Shown here piece by piece: positions 56,201-64,000 of a stretch of 64,000 bases of DNA (positions within the stretch are counted from its first letter, which is position 1; every line of letters starts with the position of its first letter). The position numbers and the translations under genes were made by a program. The notes under the pieces were generated by a model, which did not search any database, was not told the origin of the DNA, and worked only from the letters and a program-made list of their open reading frames with translations. Source of the DNA: Neocallimastix sp. 'constans'. Lineage: Eukaryota. The DNA lies in contig JBODTK010000142.1 in the NCBI GenBank assembly GCA_050613775.1, forward strand, positions 124,001 to 188,000, in the 5' to 3' direction.

Positions 56201-57411
56201 AAGATTGAAAAATAATTATGTGATAAAATATCTGAATTTTTTGTTTTACAAATATGTGTAGACCATTTAGAAACTTTAGCAGGCCTTATAAAGCCATCGG
56301 AGAGAACTTTGTTGCAAGAAAGTATAATAGGTTTATGATCAGAAATACCATAAAATGAAGTGCAAACCGAGGTTTTATTAAAATGAGCTGCCAAAGCCTC
56401 ATTATATATGACATGGTCAATACAAGATGATCTAGAACCTTTGGCATAAGTAAATTTATTACCATATAAGGGAGCAATATACCAATTAGGAAAATTATTT
56501 GAAATGTATGTTTTGATCTTCTTTAATGACATGTTAAAATCACCAACTAGGATAGCAGGAACGTTTTTTCTATTGTGAAAACGTAACCATTGAGAAAGTT
56601 CATCAAAAGCAGCTAGTCTTTCTTCCTTCCATTTGCTTTGAGGGAAGTAGATATTACCAATAGTACATTTTTGATTCCAGAAAGAAGTAATATTTACTGA
56701 AATGATATATTTGTATAAAAACGGTTCTTGGAAAAAAGAGCACGAAGAATGAACACCAATAAAGAGTCCTCTCATACCAGGGATTTTAGGATTAGCTCTA
56801 AGGAAAACTGAGTTGTAATATGGAATTAATGGTGATGAAACATCTTTTGGAAGATATTTACTTTTTCCAGTTTCTTGTAAACAGATACATATAGGTTTGA
56901 AAATAGAGTTGAGATATAAAATACTATCCCGTTTTTCAGTATTCCAACCGTTAATATTCCAACTAACACAGAGATTAAAGAAAGAAGAATTTGAATTTAG
57001 ATGGCTAGAGAAAAAATCTTTCGCCATAGGATTAAGTTCAACATCAATATTATTAGATTTTCTTGACTTGTTCATTTGTTTAAGTTTATTACACAAGGTC
57101 CAGGTAATTTTAGCTGTTTCAGGAATTTTATCTCTTAAGAAATCTAAAACATCGAAAAATTTGAGATCATTTTTGTGTTTATTAACCCTAATAATGAAGT
57201 ATGAGCCGTACCTTGGAGAAAAAAGTTTTTTAACATATGGAATAATTTCATTGTAGTTAGGGATCTTACTAATAACTTGAGCCATTAGATTACTAGGGGA
57301 CCAAGAATTAAGGTTATGGATAAAGATAAGGCTATAATTGTTCATATGATTACCGAAGCAGTAGAAACCACGATGGAAGGGAGTATTATTAACTGAGCTA
57401 GAAGCATCCAT
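53248..57411 (-). CDS. LINE polyprotein: N-terminal domain, APE endonuclease, reverse transcriptase and CCHC Zn-knuckle
   Basis: SWNING, CLQET, GDFN, IDH and SDH (APE). KAPGPDG, YRGISL, QFGFR, DLKKAYDSV, GVRQGCPLSP, FADD and YLG (RT). CPCCG...EHWIFKC (Zn-knuckle). Confidence 0.97.
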   Translation of the reverse strand: MDASSSVNNTPFHRGFYCFGNHMNNYSLIFIHNLNSWSPSNLMAQVISKIPNYNEIIPYVKKLFSPRYGSYFIIRVNKHKNDLKFFDVLDFLRDKIPETAKITWTLCNKLKQMNKSRKSNNIDVELNPMAKDFFSSHLNSNSSFFNLCVSWNINGWNTEKRDSILYLNSIFKPICICLQETGKSKYLPKDVSSPLIPYYNSVFLRANPKIPGMRGLFIGVHSSCSFFQEPFLYKYIISVNITSFWNQKCTIGNIYFPQSKWKEERLAAFDELSQWLRFHNRKNVPAILVGDFNMSLKKIKTYISNNFPNWYIAPLYGNKFTYAKGSRSSCIDHVIYNEALAAHFNKTSVCTSFYGISDHKPIILSCNKVLSDGFIRPAKVSKWSTHICKTKNSDILSHNYFSILANDLDSHYNSLTADEMVEKFINTANNIGKDIKAFIPTNLKGSAFHCPYYIKRLSHEKHIAFRNIKPYFNCENVDNYLEQFNKYEKLCKLIKKTKSKFRSARFKANIVKIGNYFLNKDFKNGWRCLKKMAKPSYSSTSPTCIKSKFGQDIISPTKQLDRWAEYYKDLASDPSGHSLNRNYWNHALRNISLRSSTWNINGPITIDDIKKTISSMKNNKAPGPDGIPIEFYKALFCNEELLETHPAAGKCLKLIFNKIWNGFFPKKWNSASIVSIPKKGDLSDCSNYRGISLINVGLKIISKIVTDRISSYALSHNFIRPEQFGFRNREECISLFISVREICQRRKFQGKFTYLAFLDLKKAYDSVPIFNILTKLYHYGVRGKCFDFLCNLYTSSKARARFASMLSNEFPIKRGVRQGCPLSPILFNLFINDILNDCEKYGVNIGRKKCCGGLFADDVVLIAPSAKNLEKLLKKVHRWANLNEMTFGIEKCATMVIKPMNFQSPPNYSDPTFYLGMNTIPKVSSYIYLGIPFSDDLLLEHIISHMHFKVRKSLLSFTHFFSIKLIPIAYKKKVLQSFVISKVIYYSPLLGSNKSRTARIQTLINTGLFWCIGSFSKNGKTSSEDNDYIRHNSTMSTYALSRDLSIPPIAGVCAALQIKSFAKWSKSNCIIKDLIKSIPKMHHYSWTKESRTLYKKIKKYKCEKYDDILERYWKSVAKFQGIKGQNYDRNKFSNNKAIIMLSLKYPQFNLGFSWIIRLRCGYKYNTTIAIRMGRVSEDCPKYCPCCGEDKQSFEHWIFKCDALASFRWNSLNFIDDLYVLFLRKIRAFNPLSSYDSISNFEDYINHYIYLFLLGGTLVLNELHFDSGEQRQLNELLFKGSSESPVPKIVGMAEFLTSAIPIISSSFELLFDRYCKIPNLSKSVDVVLIRHNDNTGSSSITTKDESLPSSSINDESGESLVDTTLSILKMLLLGFISFLFDRKGKIPA

Positions 57412-57963
57412 GTTTAGAGTTTGATGATAACAGAACTGACTTAATTTCTATTTATTGTGAATTTATTATAAGGATTGAATACCAAAGAATTATATATAAA
57501 ATATTAACATTTAAATTTACTGAATATAAAAGTTAATTGTTTCACATGAATTGAATTTCCTAAGATATATTAAAAAACAATAGTTAGTGGAAAAATTATT
57601 TATTCAATAAAATATAATGTAAAATAATATATTTATTTAAAGTAAAAAATAAAAAATATTTTAAAAGGATATGAAAATTAAAAACCTAAAGTAAAAATTT
57701 ATATAAAAATATAAAATAAAATATATAAAGATAGAAAAAAAATATATATATATATATAATATATATAAATATATAGAATATAAAAACTTTGGAAATATAG
57801 GAGAAAAAAAAATATAAAAACAATATTGTTAGTAGTATAGTGTAAAAATTTCTTTTGGTTGAAAAATTGATTTAAAAATACAGTTATGATTTATATAAAA
57901 AAATAAAGATTGCATTAAAAATTGAAAAGTAAATTAAATTTTATTATAATACTAATTGCTGAA

Positions 57964-58003
57964 CCCCCTCAGAAACCATACAGCTTCGGTTCCATCATTG
58001 GGA
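57964..58003 (-). ncRNA. Predicted kink-turn (box C/D-like) hairpin at the LINE 5' terminus
   Basis: UCCC-AAU-GAUG-GAACC-(GAAGCUGUAU)-GGUUU-CUGA-GGGG: C stem, 3-nt bulge, tandem G.A/A.G, U.U, G-C and a further 5-bp stem. Confidence 0.6.
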
Positions 58004-61000
58004 CAGTATAATCCTGTATTAACTAGTGTCTATGTACTTCTCGTCCTTTCTTTGTTCGATCCAAGTATTGGTGCATAATACGAAACATGCTCAATTACTA
58101 TAGCAGAAAATAACATTTGTTTATATAGAATAGGAACATGAAGATTATTATGAAATCCTTTTATGAAATAAGGTGATTTTCTAACTTTATTATTCATTCT
58201 CTGTATAATCAGTTTTGTTTTAAATCATTTGAAAGTGGTACACCTAAGTATGTATAGCAATTCGTTTTAGGTAACTCTTGACTTGAAAGATAAAAGATAG
58301 GGTTTTTATTATTAAAAAATCTTGAAACTTCCCCTTGTACTACCAAACTGGCAAATTTATTGATACCAAATTGCATTTCATTATTTCTAGCCCACTTACA
58401 GGCTAATTTTAACAATTTCTTAAGTTGAGATCTTGTAGGAGCACATAGTACAATGTCATCTTCAAAGAGACCTCCACAGCAACATTTAATTTATCACCAA
58501 TAGAGATTTTATATTTATCATATTTATTAAAAATGTCATTAATGAACAAACAAACAAAATTGGTAAGTGGGGACGACCTTGACGAACACCTTTCTTAATA
58601 CTAAATGATTCCAACAATTGTCCATCAACCCTTACACAAACCTTGAAAAATAAGTATAAGTTTTCAATAAAATTATAGAACTTACCTCTGATACAAAAGT
58701 GATGAATCTTCATTAATACATTATATATAAGAACTAAGTAATACGCTTTTTTAAGGTCCAAAAATGAAAAGTACGTATCTTTATTCTCAAATTTTCGTCT
58801 CTGATATATATTGATTAATGAAAATATAAAAACTCATTAACTCTTCTGGGTTACGAAAATCCATATTGTTCTGGTCTAATAAATCCTTTATCAGTTCTAT
58901 ATTTAGAGATTCTATTAGGGATGATTTTTGCCAAAATTTATAATCCATTATTGATAAGAGAAATGCCAAGATAGTTATTACAGTCTGATGGATCTCCCTT
59001 TTTATGTATAGAAACTATGGATGTGTTATTCCTTGATTTAGGAAAATCACCATTTAAGGTTTTGAGAAAAGACATTTAAAACCAGATGAAGTATTACTTC
59101 TATTTTCACTAAATTCTTCTGAATCCTCTTTACCAGGAATCAAAGCTTTGAAGAATTCCATTAGTATCCCATTAGAACCACAAGCTTTAAAGTTAAGGGT
59201 AGATGAGTTTCCCCTCGCTAATTTATTCATCGCTTATATCTTGATTAATTTCCCATTCTTATTGCCTTGGATTTCCTAAATTCCTAAATGCCTCAGAATC
59301 TTTCCAGTAGTCTTTAGAAAGACTCTGACCTAAAGATTCTAACGCTGAGAATTGATGATGAGAATGCCAAGCTTTTAATTTTTCATCTGAAAAAGAAACA
59401 AGTTAATTGTTATTGCTTTTAATAGGATGAGAGACCGTGAAAGATTGATTATTTATTTTTGTATTTTTTTTTACCCATTTCCATGTTTCCTACTATCATT
59501 TTTTGGTGCTAACAAGCATCCAATTTTTATCCAATATAAATATTCTTTTTTCCTAAATTCGTCACATTTTTTATGAATTGATTCATATAGTCTATTATAT
59601 GAGTCAATAATTTTAGCAAATTCATTGGAATCACATGCATATATATAATGTTTAATTTGTTTATACATTAAATATTTTGCCTTTTGAAGATAATAAAATT
59701 TTCAAGACATTCTAAACATCGCTTTTCTGATTTCTGTTGACGATGTAATCGATAAATCCTTAGTAATGGAATTAGTAGTGTTGATGAACTTTTCAACTAT
59801 ACACTCTACTGAATGTTCTCCATTTTCCAATTCTTCACTAAGAATATAAAGTTTATTATGATCATAAAATTTCTTTCGTTAAGTTCAAGACATTTATATC
59901 TATCCCACCTTACAAATTTTTTTGATAACAAAAATGATTCATCCATGGTGGTTTTCTTGAAATAAACTATGAGCGGTAATATGATTAGATACAGAAGGAT
60001 AGTCAACAAAATAAACACTTGATATTTTATCCTGTATATTTGAGTTGACTAATGCATGATCAATATCTAATGAATATCTACAATGTGAAATTTGATTTTA
60101 ATAATTAAGATTATGTATATGGAGAGCATTGAGTTCACAATTGGCATTTATAACATTTACTAAATTAGTTGAACTAGGATTTGCTGAGTTTGTACTATTG
60201 AATGTGTTTTTAGATATTAAATTTTGTTTTAAATGCTATAAAGAAACCTTATGATTCCATTTGGAACATCTACAATATGAATTTCAACTCCTGATATTGC
60301 TTTTTAAAATACTTTAATAAAATTTGAGTGGTTGAATTATAGAATATATACTTTAATCCTGAAGAAGCCATCATTTAACTAAAGTAATCTGTTTCACTGA
60401 CAAAATATTATTCTTGAATTTTTTGTATATCTAGAATAAATGAATTCTTTCATATTAGCATTGGTTCATAAGTGTATACCACTTATGTTATCAGTAGATG
60501 TTCTATAACAGCAAGAAACTCGGTGAAATATCTTTTCCATAATGTATAATGAAAAAAAACACTGAAAATTAAGAAATATAAATATTAATAAAATTAGAAA
60601 AAAAAAAAAAAAAATAGACAAATTAGAAAAATAATTAAAATAATATGAAGTCTTTTCTTTGTGCTGTACTTGACAATTACTTTTTTGTTTTTTGTTTTTT
60701 GTTTTTCTATTCGATTAATAAAAGCTCTATATAATGTAAATAAAATGTTAGTAATGAAAAACTACAAAAAAATTCCCATCCGTTAAATAAAGTCATAAAT
60801 ACAAGCTTTGGAGTGAATCAATCTCCCACATTTCCATTTTACAATAGCTACATGAGTTAAAATAATACTATAGAAAAAATATATATATACAAAATAATAC
60901 TAAAGTAAAAAACTACAATAGATTCATTAAAATGATAATACGTAGAAACTACATAATATTATAAATTTTACATATCCAGTTTAAAACAATTATAATTATA

Positions 61001-61155
61001 ATTTTTTTTTTTTTTTTTTAATTTTATATTTATTGATTTTTTTATTATATTTTTAAAACTTTTTGTTTTATTTCATTCTCTTATTGTTAATTTTTAATAT
61101 TAATATTATTTTAATATTATTTTTTTTATTACTTTTAAATTGGTAAAATTTTTAT

Positions 61156-61208
<53 letters not shown>

Positions 61209-61571
61209 TCTATTTTAATTTAATTACAATTTGTACTATATAATATTTAATGGTTACTTTAAATATAAAAATTATAGGTATTATTAATTATTTAAATTAG
61301 TAATTTTTATTAGTATTATTAAAAAAAAAAAATAAAATAAAGTATTGAAAATTTTTAAAATATATATATATATATTTTTCATGTGCGATTATTCTTCATT
61401 TTATTATTAAATAATTAATAATTTATTTTTACTTTTTTTGTTTGCTTGTTTGCTTGTTATGTTTCATCTTTAATATATATATAAATATATTTTTTGAATT
61501 GAAAATAAATAAATAAATAATTGAAGATTTAGAATATATTGAAATGTATATATATAAATATTATATATATT

Positions 61572-61602
<31 letters not shown>

Positions 61603-62419
61603 AGTAAAACTTGATGTAGTTTTATTATAAAATTTTTTCAATAACTTAATATTTTTTTTTTTGTTTTGTTTTTGAAATACTTTAAAGGAAGGAAAGAAAG
61701 AAAGAAAGAAAAATAAAAATATTAGTGATTTATATTAAAATTATTTCAAGGTATGAAAAAGAATAATTATAAAAAGTTTAAAAAATTATATTATTTTGGA
61801 ATTAAATTTGTTTCATTACTTTTTTTCTCTCTCTCTCTTCTCTCTCTTTCGTTCTTTCATTCATTCTTATATTTATTTATTTATTTTTTTTTTTTTTTTC
61901 AACAATTATCAAATTTTACTAAAAAAAAAAAAAATAATAATAAAATAAAATAAATAATTATTGCGAATTTATTGTTTATACAATTGTTTCTTAATGAAAC
62001 GTATAGAATAAATAAATAAATATATATCTTATTAATAATTAAACATTTTCCAATGAAAGAAAAATTAAAGTCAATGATAAATATAATTCATCTATCTCTC
62101 TTTTTTCTTTTTTTTTTTTTTTTCTAAAATTAGAGTATTTAAAATGAATTATATAATTTTTTTTCTAATAAAAAAAGGACAGAATGATAGTAAATATGAT
62201 ATTCATATATATTATCCTTTTTTTATAAATATATATATCATTTCTTATCATAAACTTTTATTTTTTATAGTATCAAGCAATTATTAATAAGATGTCTATA
62301 CTTTTATAAAAAGGAAAAAAAAAAAAAAAAGTGTTAATACAATAATTAAATATAAATATATTTAATATTTAATATTTTTTTTTCTTTGTTCCTTTTTTTT
62401 TTTTTTTTTTTTTTTAGTA

Positions 62420-63616
62420 TTATTCCACACTACTATCCACTTCAAAATGATTGGTTCCTCTGGAAATTCGATTCAATGGACTTCTGAAAGGTACTCCATT
62501 AACATTATTTAAGGTAGAGGAACTTCCATATAATGATCGATTCTCGGGACTCATTTTTCTTAAAGGTGGTATTTCAGTTTCATCCTTATCATTAATTGTT
62601 AAAGTATAAGTACTTGCTTCATTAGAAGTGGTATCATCAATATCTTCACATTCTAACCAATCTACGAAACCAACAGAAGATGGGAAGTACTTCATCATAC
62701 TATTAATTTCATCATGGATTTGTTGGCAGAATTCATCAAGTTTTAAATCATTCATATCACTACCGAATGGATTTTCAATTTCAGAACTAATGGCTTCAAT
62801 ACCAAAGAAGGTAAAGGAAGTTAATAAGACAATAAGAACAGAGGCCCATCCACAAGTTGGAACAATTTGTAATGGGAGAGTAAGTAGATAAATAATTAAA
62901 GCATGTTTTATATGAATACCATAAATGATTGGAATAGGTGTATATAAAATTCTTTCACACGAAGTAAAATTATCAACAATAGTGTTTAAACTACTATATA
63001 TTGGATTAACAATAGTAGCTGGTAAATCCTTTTGAAGATAGATATAACCTTCAATATGATAAGCAATTTCTAAAGGAAGAATCTTTAAAACTTTTTTAGT
63101 TGCTGTAGTAATTAAGGAATTGAAACGTGGAACATGTTGAACTAAATCAGCTAAATCATCATAATCCCATCCATATTCTCCTCTTAAAGCATGGCGAATT
63201 GAAATTACCAAAGCGATAACTAAACGCATAGCACCCTTCTTTAAGTTTAATTTTTCATCCTTTTTTTTATCAAATTCATCAATTTCAATACTTATCCAAA
63301 TATGACGAGAAAGGTTACGAGCTTGATTAAGAATACTAGCCCAAGCCTTTCTACCTTCCCAATAACGATCATAAGCACTTGTATTACGGAAAACAAGTAA
63401 TAATGAAAGTACCAAACCTAAATAAGTTAAAAGAGAAGTTGGGAAGAAAATATTGGTGATCCATTCCTTATCCTTAAAGAAATTATAAATAATTTTTAAT
63501 ATAGCAGTCCAACAGGTAAATATAAGAACTGGTATATAAATCTTTGGAATAACAGAGCTTGAAAACATTAAAATGTGATGCCAACTAACATTACCAGTTT
63601 GTGGTGGAATATACAT
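62420..63616 (-). CDS. Bestrophin-family (UPF0187/YneE-type) ion channel; intronless
   Basis: LSLLLVFRNTSAYDRYWEGRKAW, CERILYTPIP, FFGIEAISSEIENPFGSDMNDL and four hydrophobic segments. The start is probably MYIPP at 63616; the ORF is open to 63679. Confidence 0.92.
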   Translation of the reverse strand: MYIPPQTGNVSWHHILMFSSSVIPKIYIPVLIFTCWTAILKIIYNFFKDKEWITNIFFPTSLLTYLGLVLSLLLVFRNTSAYDRYWEGRKAWASILNQARNLSRHIWISIEIDEFDKKKDEKLNLKKGAMRLVIALVISIRHALRGEYGWDYDDLADLVQHVPRFNSLITTATKKVLKILPLEIAYHIEGYIYLQKDLPATIVNPIYSSLNTIVDNFTSCERILYTPIPIIYGIHIKHALIIYLLTLPLQIVPTCGWASVLIVLLTSFTFFGIEAISSEIENPFGSDMNDLKLDEFCQQIHDEINSMMKYFPSSVGFVDWLECEDIDDTTSNEASTYTLTINDKDETEIPPLRKMSPENRSLYGSSSTLNNVNGVPFRSPLNRISRGTNHFEVDSSVE

Positions 63617-64000
63617 TTTATTCTCTCTCTTCTTGTTCTTCTTGAGTTTTTTAAGTTGAACAATTTTCTTCATCTTCATCTTGGATATCTATTATTTATT
63701 TCAAATAAAAAAATAAAAAAATTCTTTTTTTTTTTTTATCATATAATAATATAAAATTAACAAAAAATTAGAATTAGTATAAAAATATATTTTATAAATT
63801 ATTAGTACTAAAATTTTTTTATGTAACAAAAAAAAAAACACAAAAAATTTTTTGTAACAATTAATTTAAAAATTTTTTTTTCTATAGCGCAATAGCGGCC
63901 TATCACTACTACCATCCAACGGTATATTAATTTAAATATTTTTAATATATATATATATATTTACTATTCCTTTAATAATGTGATATTATATCATATATAT

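Larger units (their letters stand above)
53069..58003 (-). mobile_element. Full-length, apparently intact non-LTR retrotransposon (LINE), single ORF
   Basis: TSD CAGTATAATCCTGTATT at 53052-53068 and 58004-58020, poly(A) at 53069-53096, an uninterrupted 1387-aa ORF and a 5' UTR of about 590 nt. Confidence 0.95.
51839..60550 (-). mobile_element. Older degraded LINE split by insertion of the intact LINE (segments 51839-53051 and 58021-60550)
   Basis: Fragmented RT peptides (DLKKAY, KKGVRQG, QFGINK, YTYLGVPLS). The coding remnant continues across the TSD, and a poly(A) lies at about 51839-51870. Confidence 0.85.

Noticed and set aside
57964..58003. SECIS element or box C/D snoRNA gene
   Set aside because: The stem above the GA quartet is too short for a SECIS and lies in a 5' position. 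There is no room for a guide sequence between the C and D boxes. It is kept only as a K-turn hairpin.
62420..63616. Recent bacterial horizontal transfer of the bestrophin gene
   Set aside because: It is intronless and of the bacterial-like subfamily, but that subfamily is widespread in fungi and the base composition looks host-like. A phylogeny would be needed to support transfer.
63883..63925. Helitron 3' hairpin or small RNA upstream of bestrophin
   Set aside because: Only a 3-bp GC stem, no clear CTRR terminus and no second copy in the window; it may just be promoter sequence.

Overview
Eukaryotic, extremely AT-rich, intron-containing DNA. By inference it comes from an anaerobic gut fungus (Neocallimastigomycota): CBM18-rich secreted enzymes, poly-Asn proteins and huge A/T microsatellites. 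Host genes, in order: a GH18 chitinase with several 10-Cys hevein/CBM18 modules (5' end outside the window), a small hypothetical gene, a SIM+UIM+RING-H2 E3 ligase, a DCAF7/WDR68 WD40 protein, a subtilisin S8-CBM18 protease, long-form tRNase Z (TRZ1/ELAC2) and a bestrophin (UPF0187 type). Most of the rest is nested mobile DNA. An intact single-ORF APE-RT LINE with a 17-bp TSD sits inside an older LINE. A degraded LTR element carries a MULE (9-bp TSD) in its 5' LTR, and that MULE carries a tRNA-derived SINE. There are four SINE-like elements in two 3'-tail families, a MITE inside one SINE, foldback elements, and Gypsy/Copia debris. The most novel-looking signals are RNA structures in the retroelements: a box C/D-type kink-turn hairpin forming the very 5' end of the intact LINE, a hammerhead-like core shared by two SINEs, a conserved structured 3' module shared by the other two SINEs, and a possible self-priming LTR element. 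All structures were read by eye and are unverified.
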